A stretch of DNA of 64,000 bases from Rhodospirillales bacterium (GCA_947445225.1 CANFCX010000001.1:24189-88188); one strand, 5' to 3'. Shown: positions 1-12,845, numbered from the stretch's first letter. Notes: a model not told the origin generated them from the letters alone. Made by a program: numbers and translations.

Positions 1-178
1 CGGCACCTATCACCACGTCTCGCCGCAGCATTTGAAGCGTTATCTCGCCGAATTTGATTTCCGCTACAACGAGCGCACCGCGCTTGGCGTTGACGACAAG
101 ATGCGTGCGGATCGCGCCCTGGCCGGCATCGAAGGACGCCGCCTCACGTATCGGCGGATTAACAAACCCGCCGCCTAA
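1..178 (+). mobile_element. IS1595-family transposase, C-terminal fragment (5' end outside window)
   Basis: Frame 1 translates to ...HLKRYLAEFDFRYNERTALGVDDKMRADRALAGIEGRRLTYRRINKPAA*, matching the conserved C-terminus of IS1595/ISXO2-like DDE transposases; stop TAA at 176-178. Confidence 0.65.
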
Positions 179-352
179 GCCGTCGCTTTTCGACGAATTC
201 ATGGCGCGCTGGCTTTCGGTTTCTTCTTAGCCTTGGCGCGCTTTTTCTTCCCCAACGGGGCGTGAGCCTTCGGGGGCGATTTGAGCATGTGGTCGATTAC
301 ATGCTCAAATCGTTCCTTCGATCCGGGCTCGATTTTGGGGGGAGATTTAGCC

Positions 353-1015
353 ATGGCAGCCACCAAGAAAAACCGACGCAGCAGTAAGCCAACCGGACGT
401 GGCTTGCCGGTCGCTGAGTTGCTGAAGGTGGTCTACCATTTTGACGGCACCACGCCGCCTGGGTACGACTTTGAGATTGGTATGAAAGAGTATGCTGCCA
501 TCGGCTTCTTCATGGTGCATTGGGCTTTTCTTGAGGATGTCCTGTTTCTGCGAACACAAATATTTGCACGACGGGCGAAACAGCCGCTCCCTGCCATGGC
601 GCGCGATCTCTCGTTCACTAGGCGCATCCAGACGCTGAGGGAGTTGATCCAGAACGTCATAAAACAACCAACCGCTCGTGAACGATGGTTTCGATTGCTG
701 CAAAAAATCGCCAATGCGGAAGGTCGTAGGCATAAGTTGGCCCACGGACTCTGGCTCTATAATCCCAAACGTCCGGAACACCTGCTTTTGGGCGCATCTC
801 AGCGAATGTCGAAGCGCGCACGACTGGTTCATTTTGATTTCAAAGAAACGGCCGAATTCGCGCTTTCAATCGGCCGGCTATCTTTCGAGCTTGCACATCC
901 GCGTCCGGGCTCTGGCCGGCCCGCGAAGTCGTCGGACGAATTTTTCGCATCGATGAGTAGATCGTTCCTGCTAACGCTTCAAGGGAAAGACCCGAAAACT
1001 CTGGGTCTTCCGTAG
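353..1015 (+). CDS. hypothetical protein, lower GC than surroundings; possible HEPN-like Rx5H motif (RRHKLAH)
   Basis: ORF 281..1015; internal ATG at 353 (MAATKKNRRSS...) preceded by GGGGGGAGA SD-like run 8 nt upstream; GC visibly lower than flanks; sits next to the IS1595 remnant. Confidence 0.5.
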   Translation: MAATKKNRRSSKPTGRGLPVAELLKVVYHFDGTTPPGYDFEIGMKEYAAIGFFMVHWAFLEDVLFLRTQIFARRAKQPLPAMARDLSFTRRIQTLRELIQNVIKQPTARERWFRLLQKIANAEGRRHKLAHGLWLYNPKRPEHLLLGASQRMSKRARLVHFDFKETAEFALSIGRLSFELAHPRPGSGRPAKSSDEFFASMSRSFLLTLQGKDPKTLGLP

Positions 1016-1099
1016 CCCATAAGCGGAGAACCAGCGCGCCTTCAGTCAGCATCGCTGGGGTAACTTCCTTAAGGAGGATATCCAAAGTACGAGCGCCGG

Positions 1100-1360
1100 C
1101 CTGTCGGTTGCGACCTTTGCGCCCACCATCATTCTGTGTCAAGTATATAACTCCTCCCTCGATGGGGGGAGGGTTGGGTGGGGGTGCCTCCGGAAACGAA
1201 CCTCTTCGCGGCGAAGCCGCAATATTTGTCGGGCTCCGCCCGAGTCCCCCCACCCGGCGCAAATGCGCCGACCGCCCCCCCACAAGGAGGGAGGTTAGCC
1301 ATGTAGGCGGCGGCTAATTTGTCGGGGGTATGGGGGCCTCCCGGCCCCCATGACTTGCCT
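1100..1360. repeat. GC-rich hairpin-dense intergenic block containing one copy of the TGGGGGCC-N4-GGCCCCCA element (1331-1350)
   Basis: Palindromes CTCCTCCCTCgatGGGGGGAGGG, GGTGGGGGTGC...GTCCCCCCACCC, TGGGGGCCTCCCGGCCCCCA read directly in the sequence. Confidence 0.5.
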
Positions 1361-1767
1361 TAAGCACTAGCGAGCGCCTCGAGCTTAGCGTCGGCGATGC
1401 GTTGGCGGGATTCGAGGGCGGCGCGGGTGGCGTCGTCCTTGGCCGCGGCCATGTCGTCCTTGATGTCGCGCAATTCTGTTTCGATCGCGGCGCGGTCGAG
1501 TTTATCGACCGGGGTCGCTTCCTCGGCCAGCACGGCACATCGATCGGGAGTGACTTCGGCGAAGCCACCGGCGACGAACAGCCGCTCGGCGATCTTGCCG
1601 TCATCGTGGATGGCAATGACGCCCGGGCGGATGGTGGAGATCAGCGGCGCGTGACCGGGCAGCACGCCGAAATCGCCTTCGCCGCCGGGGATGACGACCA
1701 TGTCGACCGCGCGGCTGACCAACAGACGCTCCGGCGAGACCAGCTCGAACTGGACTTTATCGGCCAT
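1360..1767 (-). CDS. atpC: F0F1 ATP synthase subunit epsilon
   Basis: 135 aa, MADKVQFELVSPERLL..., typical epsilon subunit; directly downstream of atpD. Confidence 0.92.
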   Translation of the reverse strand: MADKVQFELVSPERLLVSRAVDMVVIPGGEGDFGVLPGHAPLISTIRPGVIAIHDDGKIAERLFVAGGFAEVTPDRCAVLAEEATPVDKLDRAAIETELRDIKDDMAAAKDDATRAALESRQRIADAKLEALASA

Positions 1768-1790
1768 GGCGATCTCCCGCGCTTCCGCCC

Positions 1791-4140
<2,350 letters not shown>

Positions 4141-4144
4141 GGGT

Positions 4145-4315
4145 TACCCCCCAAGCCCTCTCCTCGGGGAGAGGGCGCGCGCGCAGCGCGCGGTGAGGGG
4201 CGCTCGCGATCCGCCTCCCCAAAGCTCGGCCGTCGCCGCGGCTGGACCTCCGCGGCCCCTCACCCGGCCGCGCGTTCGCGCGCGACCGGCCTCTCCCCAG
4301 GGAGAGGCGGGCAAA
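4145..4315. repeat. Intergenic (atpA-atpG) GC-rich palindromic repeat cluster, CTCTCC..GGAGAG family
   Basis: CCCTCTCCTCGGGGAGAGGG at 4156-4175, CCTCTCCCCAGGGAGAGG at 4290-4307, flanking inverted GGTGAGGGGCG / GCCCCTCACC. Confidence 0.6.
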
Positions 4316-4340
4316 AGCCAATGTTTGGTGTCCGCGCACT

Positions 4341-5869
<1,529 letters not shown>

Positions 5870-5870
<1 letters not shown>

Positions 5871-6430
5871 TAGTCCACACCTTTCATGGCGAGCTGCAGT
5901 CTTTTGAGTTTTGTGTCGAGCGAGGAATCGACCATGCGCGAGCCAATCTTGACCCGCAGCCCGGAGATCAGCGCGGGATCGACCTTCGTCTCCATCGAAA
6001 CCTTCTTGCCGAGCGCCGCGCGCAGCGCATCGCCCAAAGCCGCCGATTGTTTTTCGGTCAGCGCCTTGGCTGAAACGATCTCGGCGCGGATTTCGCCGCG
6101 CCGCGACGCGAGCAGCCGCGCATACGCTTCGGCGATGGCGGAAAGCAGGAATAGCCGGCGATTGCGGGCGAGCACGGCGACAAAGCGGCGGGTGAGATCG
6201 GAAACCGTAACGCGGGCAAGCAGTGCGGCCATCGCCTTGCCCTGCTCCACCCGCGAGACCAAAGGCGAGGCGACGAACCGGCGCAGATCGGGGCTTTCCT
6301 CGACCAACGCCTTCAGCCGCGCCAGATCGGCGGCGACGCCATCGAGCAGCTTGGCATCCTCGGCCAGATCGTACAGCGCGCCAACATAACGCCCGCTTAA
6401 TGAGGATGCGCCACCCGCGCCGGATGCCAC
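5870..6430 (-). CDS. atpH: F0F1 ATP synthase subunit delta (OSCP)
   Basis: C-terminal 187 aa of ORF 5870..7078; GTG start at 6430 with GGAGAG 6 nt upstream; [17 protein letters not shown]... delta-like. Confidence 0.82.
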
Positions 6431-6623
6431 AGCAAACTCTCCACAATCTCGGGACCGAAGGCCCCGACCAAGCCCTTGAGAATACAGTAAAATCGGAAGT
6501 GCCGCGAGGACCGCCCGGGAAGCCCTCGCGTGAGGCGCGCGATTGCTAGCATAACCCTGTTGGTGGCGCAACACGGCAAGGCGCCGCAGCCCCCGGTTTT
6601 TCCAGGAACAACGCCGCCGCCTT

Positions 6624-6750
6624 ACCCTCTCCCCACCGGGAGCACCAACTCCCCTCTCCCCACCGGGGAGAGGGAGGGGCCCGCGCCGCTCGGCGCGGGA
6701 GGGTGAGGGAGGAAGTCGCAGGGGCCGTGAGGCCCCTGCACCCCATCCAA
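6624..6750. repeat. GC-rich palindromic intergenic repeats (CCCTCTCCCCACCGGGGAGAGGG type), upstream of atp operon
   Basis: Two tandem copies of CCCTCTCCCCACCGGG plus perfect palindrome CCCTCTCCCCACCGGGGAGAGGGAGGGG read in sequence. Confidence 0.55.
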
Positions 6751-6817
6751 TGGGAGAAATCAAACCGGAGCCGACCGCGCCTTGATCCGTGCGCCTACTA
6801 GGCGTACATAACTTCTC

Positions 6818-7099
6818 ATGCCCCGCGCCGCGCAACGTCAGGATCGGATCAGCCTTCGGCTCAGCCCGCAATCGAAGCGAAAGCTGGAGCGGGCGGCAGC
6901 CTATGCCGATAAGACGGTAACCGATTTCGTGCTCGACAGCGCGCTCAAGACCGCCGACGACATCGTGCGCGAGCAGGAGACGATCACGCTGACTCCCGCG
7001 GAATTTCAGCGCTTCTCCGATGCGCTTCTCAATCCGCCGCCTCTGAATAAGGTGCTGCGGAAAGCGCTCCGGGAACATCGCCGCATTACCGGCACCTAA
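6818..7099 (+). CDS. DUF1778-family (RHH) antitoxin, partner of GNAT toxin (TacA/AtaR-like)
   Basis: 93 aa, ...SLRLSPQSKRKLERAAAYADKTVTDFVLDSAL... typical DUF1778; ATGA overlap with downstream GNAT gene. Confidence 0.8.
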   Translation: MPRAAQRQDRISLRLSPQSKRKLERAAAYADKTVTDFVLDSALKTADDIVREQETITLTPAEFQRFSDALLNPPPLNKVLRKALREHRRITGT

Positions 7100-7602
7100 T
7101 GATCGCGACGGGTTCGGTTCGCACCGAGCCGCTGTCGCCGCACCATGAGCGCGATACTTTTGCCTGCGGTGAAGCGGCGCTCGATCGCTACCTGCGGACG
7201 CAGGCCGGTCAGGACGATCGTCGGCGCGTGTCCCGCGTCTTCGTCGCGGTCGAGGCGGGCTTTTCTCGGGTCATCGGCTTCCATGCCCTCAGCGCGACGG
7301 CGATCGACGCGAGGAGTTTCCCCGCGGAGATCGCCCGCCGCTTGCCGAAATATCCCGTTCCAGTGGCGTTGCTCGGGCGCCTCGCCGTCGATCTCGCCTG
7401 GCAGGGGCGCGGGCTCGGCGACTTCCTCGTCGCCGATGCCGTCCGGCGCGTGGCGAGCGTCGGCGAACATGTCGCCATTCATTCCATTGTCGTCGAAGCC
7501 ATGAGTGAGAAGGCGCGTGCCTTCTACGAGCGTTTCGGGTTCCGGCCATTGACCGACGATGGCCGGCGCCTCTTCCTGCTCCTGACGCCAGGCACTGCCT
7601 GA
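7099..7602 (+). CDS. GNAT-family acetyltransferase toxin (TacT/AtaT/KacT-like)
   Basis: 167 aa with HERDTFACGEAALDRYL... and acetyl-CoA motif WQGRGLG; classic gene order antitoxin-toxin. Confidence 0.8.
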   Translation: MIATGSVRTEPLSPHHERDTFACGEAALDRYLRTQAGQDDRRRVSRVFVAVEAGFSRVIGFHALSATAIDARSFPAEIARRLPKYPVPVALLGRLAVDLAWQGRGLGDFLVADAVRRVASVGEHVAIHSIVVEAMSEKARAFYERFGFRPLTDDGRRLFLLLTPGTA

Positions 7603-7614
7603 GGCGGTCCCACG

Positions 7615-7651
7615 CCCGAACCCCTCTCCCCGGTGGGGAGAGGGATTCGGG
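7615..7651. repeat. Perfect 37-nt palindrome CCCGAACCCCTCTCCCCGGTGGGGAGAGGGATTCGGG (likely terminator / REP-like element)
   Basis: Read directly; same CTCTCCCC..GGGGAGAG core as repeats at 4145-4315 and 6624-6750. Confidence 0.65.
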
Positions 7652-7659
7652 TGCGGGCG

Positions 7660-7892
7660 TGATGCGGCACTTTTCGGGAGGTTCCGGCCGGTCGGCTTTT
7701 GTGGCATATTGCAATGCACTTTGCCAATTTGCATGGGTATTTTCCGCAAAATGCGATGCACAATGAAAGTGTGCTCTGCGGCATAAAATTATCTTATTGA
7801 AAAACAACAATAATTTAGGACGCCGACTTTCGTATAGTTTGGCACGGCGCATGCAGCCCTACTTTAGTAGCGTGCGACAAGGAGTATTTCTA
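7660..7892 (+). promoter_or_regulatory. AT-rich putative promoter/operator region upstream of LuxR-type regulator; contains two TGCRATGCAC boxes
   Basis: GC drops sharply; TTGCAATGCAC and AATGCGATGCAC about 40 nt apart; AGGAG SD 8 nt upstream of ATG at 7893. Confidence 0.3.
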
Positions 7893-8525
7893 ATGAAGCT
7901 TTTGCTCATCCACCCGGCGACCGCGACCCGCTCGGTTCTGTCCCATGCCCTCGGCAAGATGTGGCGCGAGGCCGTGGTGGCCGAACGCGATACCGCCGGG
8001 CCGGCGCCGGGCGTCGACGAGCCGGGCATGATCGTCGTCGATGGTGCGTTGTGCGCTGACATGAACGCCGCCGATCTTCGCCTGTTGTGCCGCGCAGCCG
8101 CAGCCGCGCCCGTGGTCTTGCTCTCGACTTTCGTGGATTTGCCCGGCGTCATCGCCGCTTTCGACCGCGGCATGGCCGGCGTGGTGCCCAAATCCCTTTC
8201 GGTGGCCGCCATGGTTCAGGCGCTGCGCCTGATCGCCTCGGGTGAACGTTTCGTCCCGGCCTCCGTGCTCGCCGCCGTGCGCCCGATGGGCGGTGACCGC
8301 GGCGGGGAGACGCCCACGCTCGATCGCCTCACCCCGCGCGAACGCGAGGTACTCGGCCTGCTGCTCGAAGGCGGCTCGAACAAGGCCATCGGCCGCACCC
8401 TCAGCCTGACCGAAGCCACGGTCAAAGCCTACATGATGACGTTGTGCCGGAAACTCGGCGCGCGCAATCGCGCCCACGCCGTCCGCATCGCCGTCCAAAA
8501 CGGCTTCGCCGCCGCCGCGGCCTGA
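7893..8525 (+). CDS. LuxR/FixJ-family transcriptional regulator with atypical receiver-like N-domain
   Basis: C-terminal LuxR HTH (LTPREREVLGLLLEGGSNKAIGRTLSLTEATVKAYMMTLCRKLGARNRAHAV); N-terminus MKLLLIHPATATRSV lacks canonical acidic pocket. Confidence 0.8.
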   Translation: MKLLLIHPATATRSVLSHALGKMWREAVVAERDTAGPAPGVDEPGMIVVDGALCADMNAADLRLLCRAAAAAPVVLLSTFVDLPGVIAAFDRGMAGVVPKSLSVAAMVQALRLIASGERFVPASVLAAVRPMGGDRGGETPTLDRLTPREREVLGLLLEGGSNKAIGRTLSLTEATVKAYMMTLCRKLGARNRAHAVRIAVQNGFAAAAA

Positions 8526-8632
8526 AGTCGCCGGGGCCGCGAGCCCCACACACAAATTTCCCGTTAGGGCGCGGAGGCACCTCATACCCATCGAGCGATC
8601 GAGGGTGTGAGGGCCTCCCCCCTCGCCTCCAC
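8526..8632. repeat. GC-rich intergenic element between convergent luxR-like gene and priA
   Basis: GAGGGTGTGAGGGCCTCCCCCCTCGCCTCC hairpin-rich segment, related to GGGGGCC family. Confidence 0.4.
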
Positions 8633-10888
8633 CTACATGAAGCTGTAGGGGTCAACGTCGACCTCGATCTTCACACCGGGTTTGATCTTGGTCGAATCCA
8701 GCCATTGGCGCAGGATTGCCTGGAGATTCGCGGCCTTGCCGGTTTTGAGCAGGAGCCGGAAGCGGTGGCGGCCGCGCAGCAGCGATAGCGGGGCGGCGGC
8801 CGGGCCGAGCACCCTGACGCCTTCGATCCGCGGCGCGTTGCGGGCGAGCGCGCGCGCGCCCGCTTCCGCCTCATCCGCCGCAGGCGCCGACACCACGATC
8901 GCCGCCAGCCGGCCGAAGGGCGGGAGCAGGCGGTCGCGCCGGTCCTCTGCCTCGCTCGCCATGAAGCGGTCGCGGGCGCCCGCCGCCAGCGCCTGCGTCA
9001 CCGGGTGTTGCGGCAGATAGGTCTGGAGATAGACCCGGCCCGGGTGTTCGGCTCGGCCGGCCCGCCCCGCCACCTGGTGAAGAAGCTGGAAGGTCCGTTC
9101 CGCCGCGCGCAGATCGCCGCCGGCCAGCCCCAAATCCGCATCGACCACCCCGACCGTGGTGAGCAGCGGGAAATGATGGCCCTTCGCCATCACCTGGGTG
9201 CCGACCAGGATGTCGATCTCGCGCGCCTGCATCCGATCGACCAGGGCCTCGGCCTCGCGCGGGCCGGTCACGGTATCGCTGGTCATGATCGCGATGCGGG
9301 CCTGGGGCCAGGCCGCGGCGGCTTCCTCGGCCACCCGCTCCACGCCGGGGCCGCAGGCGATCAGGCTGTCCTCGGCCTGACAATGCGGGCAGAGGCGCGG
9401 CAGGGGTTGGCTTTCCCCACAATGATGACAGGCCAGCCGCCCGGCCGCGCGGTGTTCCACCAGCCAGGCCGCGCAGTTGGCGCAGCGCATCCGATGGCCG
9501 CAGCCCCGGCACAAGGTCAGCGGCGCATAGCCGCGGCGGTTGAGGAACAACATCGCCTGCTCTCCGCGCTCCAGCGATTGCGTGACCGCCGTCCGCAGGA
9601 CCGGGGACAGCCAGTGCCGGCGCGGCGGCGGATGGCGGCGCAGATCGACGATCGTCACTTGCGGCATTTGCGCCCCGCCATGGCGATCGGTCAGCACCAG
9701 CCGCGTGTACCGCCCGTCCTCGACATTGGTCAGCGTCTCCAGCGACGGCGTCGCCGAGGCCAACACCGCCGGGATCGCCGCCAACCGCGCCCGCACCACC
9801 GCCATGTCGCGGGCGTGGTAGATGACGCCCTCCTCCTGCTTGAAGGCGGCCTCGTGTTCTTCGTCCACGACGATGACACCCAGCGCCGCCAGCGGCAGGA
9901 ACAGGGCCGAACGCGCGCCCACCGCCACGCGGGCATGGCCGGCGGCGATGGCGTGCCAGGTCGCCCGCCGCACCGCCGGCGTCAGGTCCGAATGCCAGAC
10001 CGCCGGATCGGCACCGAAGCGGCGGCGGAACCGCTCCAGCCATTGCGCCGACAGCGCGATTTCCGGCAGCAGGACCAAGGCCTGCCGCCCCCGCCGCAGC
10101 GCCTCGGCGATCGCCTCGAAATACACCTCGGTCTTACCCGAGCCGGTCACGCCATCGAGCAGCGTCACCGAAAACCCGCCATCGCCCACCCGCCGCCGCA
10201 GCGCCGCCGCCGCCTCTTCCTGCGCGGGCGACAGGGACGGCGCCAGCGGCAAGCCGTCGGCGCCCGTTGGCCCCCACACCGGCGCCGCCGGTTCCAGCGG
10301 CGTGGCCTCGATCAGCCCGGCCTCGACCATGCCTTGGACAACCGCGCCGCTCACCCCGGCGGCCTTGGCTAGCGCGGGCGACGGCCACGGGCCGGGTTGG
10401 CTCAGCCTCACCAATACCCGCTGCCGCGCCGGCGGCAGCCGCGCGCCCGCGGGCGGGGGCACAACCAGCCGGTAGACCAAGCGCGGGGCCGGCGGGTGCA
10501 GGATCGTGGCGGTGTTGATCGCCATGCGCAGCACCTTGCCGCGCGGCGTCAGCGTGTAGGCGGCGACCCAATCGATCAGCCGGCACAGATCGGCGGGCAG
10601 CGGCGGCAGGTCGAGCTTTTCGATGACCGGCTTAAGACGCGCGCCGTCCACCGGCTCTGAATCCGGGGTCGCGGGCGCCCACACCACGCCGATTCCGCGG
10701 GTTTTGCCCAACGGCACGGCGACGATGTCGCCCGGATTCAGTGCCATCCCTTTGGCTGATGGATCGTCGGTCCCGGGAAGCGGAAGATAGTCGAAAGCCC
10801 GGTCCACCGGCACCGGCAGCAACACCGCCACGCGATGGGTCGATGCGCGCGATCCGTCGGGGGGCGAAGTGGCGCGGGCGGCAGGCAT
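8633..10888 (-). CDS. priA: Primosomal protein N' (replication restart helicase PriA)
   Basis: 751 aa; Walker A GVTGSGKT, Cys4 zinc motifs CRGCGHRMRCANC...CHHCG...CPHC typical of PriA. Confidence 0.93.
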   Translation of the reverse strand: MPAARATSPPDGSRASTHRVAVLLPVPVDRAFDYLPLPGTDDPSAKGMALNPGDIVAVPLGKTRGIGVVWAPATPDSEPVDGARLKPVIEKLDLPPLPADLCRLIDWVAAYTLTPRGKVLRMAINTATILHPPAPRLVYRLVVPPPAGARLPPARQRVLVRLSQPGPWPSPALAKAAGVSGAVVQGMVEAGLIEATPLEPAAPVWGPTGADGLPLAPSLSPAQEEAAAALRRRVGDGGFSVTLLDGVTGSGKTEVYFEAIAEALRRGRQALVLLPEIALSAQWLERFRRRFGADPAVWHSDLTPAVRRATWHAIAAGHARVAVGARSALFLPLAALGVIVVDEEHEAAFKQEEGVIYHARDMAVVRARLAAIPAVLASATPSLETLTNVEDGRYTRLVLTDRHGGAQMPQVTIVDLRRHPPPRRHWLSPVLRTAVTQSLERGEQAMLFLNRRGYAPLTLCRGCGHRMRCANCAAWLVEHRAAGRLACHHCGESQPLPRLCPHCQAEDSLIACGPGVERVAEEAAAAWPQARIAIMTSDTVTGPREAEALVDRMQAREIDILVGTQVMAKGHHFPLLTTVGVVDADLGLAGGDLRAAERTFQLLHQVAGRAGRAEHPGRVYLQTYLPQHPVTQALAAGARDRFMASEAEDRRDRLLPPFGRLAAIVVSAPAADEAEAGARALARNAPRIEGVRVLGPAAAPLSLLRGRHRFRLLLKTGKAANLQAILRQWLDSTKIKPGVKIEVDVDPYSFM

Positions 10889-10976
10889 GGGCTAGACTCT
10901 GCGAAGCGGGGGCGGTTTTCCCCGTCCCCTTATAACGCCGGACCGGCGTGAGCGGCACGATGATCGAGCAAGGACG

Positions 10977-11702
10977 ATGGCCAGCGATCCCGAAAAGATA
11001 ACCAAGGCCCCGACCGCCGTGGACATGGCCGCCGCCGATGTCGCGGTCTATCTGCGCCGGCACCCGGATTTCCTGGACAAAAACCCCGAGATTCTGGCCG
11101 CGATGCTGCCGCCCACGCGGCGCGACGGCGACGGTGTGGTCGATTTCCAGCGCGTCATGGTCGAAAAGCTGCGCGCCGAGGTCGATCGACTGCGTTCGGC
11201 CGAATACGAGCTGGTCTCGCTCGGCCGCAGCAACATGCACCATCAGGGCCGCGTCCATGCCGCCGCGCTCGCGCTGCTGGGCTCCACCACGCTCGAACAC
11301 CTGATCGAACTTATCGGCACCGATCTCGCCGTCGACCTGGACGTGGACGCCGCCACCTTGTGTTTTGAGGCGCCGCCCAATGCCGGCCCCGACGGCGTTG
11401 CCTGCCGGGGCCTGCGCCTGGTCCCGCGCGGCGCGGTCGAACGCCTGCTCGATGGCGGCAAATCCATTGTCCTGCTCGCAGACGAAACCGGCGACAGGGA
11501 TTTGTTCGGCGAGGCCGCCAGCCTGGTCCGTTCGCAGGCCCTGATCCGCATCGAACCGCGGAGGGGCGCACCCTTCGGCATCCTGGCGCTGGGCAGCCGA
11601 CAGCCCGAAAAATTCCACCCCGGCCAGGGAACCGAGCTGCTCGCCTTCCTCGGCCGCGTCGCCGAGCATTGCATCCGGTCATGGTTGGACCGCGCGACCT
11701 GA
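10977..11702 (+). CDS. DUF484-family protein (commonly upstream of xerC)
   Basis: 241 aa; VAVYLRRHPDFLDKNPEIL motif; 3' end overlaps xerC. Confidence 0.75.
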   Translation: MASDPEKITKAPTAVDMAAADVAVYLRRHPDFLDKNPEILAAMLPPTRRDGDGVVDFQRVMVEKLRAEVDRLRSAEYELVSLGRSNMHHQGRVHAAALALLGSTTLEHLIELIGTDLAVDLDVDAATLCFEAPPNAGPDGVACRGLRLVPRGAVERLLDGGKSIVLLADETGDRDLFGEAASLVRSQALIRIEPRRGAPFGILALGSRQPEKFHPGQGTELLAFLGRVAEHCIRSWLDRAT

Positions 11703-12646
11703 GCGAATTCCTTCCCAACCCCGAAACCGCGGACGCGGTCGCCGGCTGGCTCGAATGGCTGGCGACGGAACGCCGCGCCTCCCGCCACACACTGGCCGCC
11801 TATCGCCACGACCTGCTCGCCTTCCTCGGCTTCATGGGTGGACATCTGGGCAGCGCCCCGACCCCGGCCGATCTGGCGCTTCTCCGCACCGGCGATTTCC
11901 GCGCCTTCCTCGCCCGCCGCGCCGGCAACGGCCTGACCGCCGCAACCAATGCCCGCGCGCTGTCGGTCCTGCGTTCGTTTTTTCGCTGGCTCGACCGCAA
12001 CGGCCGCGGGAAATGCGCCGGCCTCGCTGGCCTGCGTTCACCCAAGCTGCCGCGATCGGTGCCGCGCCCGCTGACCGTTGACGACGCACGCAACGCGGTC
12101 GATCAGGTCGGCGATCTCAGCGACGAACCATGGGTGGGTTTACGCGATACCGCATTGCTTTGCCTGCTCTATGGATGTGGCCTGCGTATCGACGAGGCGT
12201 TGTCGCTGAACCGCCGCGACATCGCGCCCCTGCTCCAGGGCAGCGACAGCCTGATCGTGCTCGGCAAGGGCCGCAAGCAGCGCATGGTCCCGGTTCTGCC
12301 CGCCGTGCGTGAGGCGCTGGCCGCCTATCTCGCTGTCTGCCCCCACGCCGCGGGCGTCACCGCGCCAGTGTTCTTCGGCATGCGCGGGAAACGCCTGCAC
12401 GCCGGCATCGTGCAGAAACGCGTGCGGGAGCTGCGCGGCCTCATCGGCTTGCCCGACCGGGCGACACCGCACGCACTCCGCCACAGCTTCGCCACCCATC
12501 TGCTCGCCGCCGGCGGCGATCTGCGCGCCATTCAGGAATTGCTCGGCCACGCCTCGCTGTCGACGACCCAGCGCTACACCGAAATCGACGAAACCCAATT
12601 GCTCGCCGTGTACGATAAGGCGCATCCGCGGGCCCGTCGGGCTTAG
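11669..12646 (+). CDS. xerC: Tyrosine recombinase XerC
   Basis: 325 aa; C-terminal LRHSFATHLLAAGGDLRAIQELLGHASLSTTQRYTEID catalytic region; exact start (11669 vs 11681) uncertain. Confidence 0.9.
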   Translation: MHPVMVGPRDLSEFLPNPETADAVAGWLEWLATERRASRHTLAAYRHDLLAFLGFMGGHLGSAPTPADLALLRTGDFRAFLARRAGNGLTAATNARALSVLRSFFRWLDRNGRGKCAGLAGLRSPKLPRSVPRPLTVDDARNAVDQVGDLSDEPWVGLRDTALLCLLYGCGLRIDEALSLNRRDIAPLLQGSDSLIVLGKGRKQRMVPVLPAVREALAAYLAVCPHAAGVTAPVFFGMRGKRLHAGIVQKRVRELRGLIGLPDRATPHALRHSFATHLLAAGGDLRAIQELLGHASLSTTQRYTEIDETQLLAVYDKAHPRARRA

Positions 12647-12845
12647 CCCGACGGGGTTGGAATCAGCAAGGCGTAGTAGGGGTAGAAATGTGGGGGCCGG
12701 GAGGCCCCCACACCCCCGATAGTTTGGTGGAGTTCCCGCGCCCCAGGTTCAGGTCGGTGTGGGGGCCTCCCCGTCGGGAGAAGCCCGACCGGAATCCGGA
12801 GTCAAGCCGGCTTCGCCGGCAGGGCCCCCACGACTTCTTACTTCC
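12647..12845. repeat. Intergenic repeat block: TGGGGGCCGGGAGGCCCCCACACCCCCGATA hairpin plus ~65-nt MITE-like unit shared with 31684-31770
   Basis: 12691-12720 and 12769-12831 read directly; near-identical unit GTGGGGGCC..CGGGNGAAGCCCGAC..CGCCGGCAGGG..CCCCCAC at 31684-31770. Confidence 0.6.

Noticed and set aside
840-1283. 147-aa minus-strand ORF across the 1015-1280 hairpin region
   Set aside because: Overlaps the better-supported plus-strand gene 353-1015 and runs through palindromic repeats; PPPNPPP low-complexity; no SD
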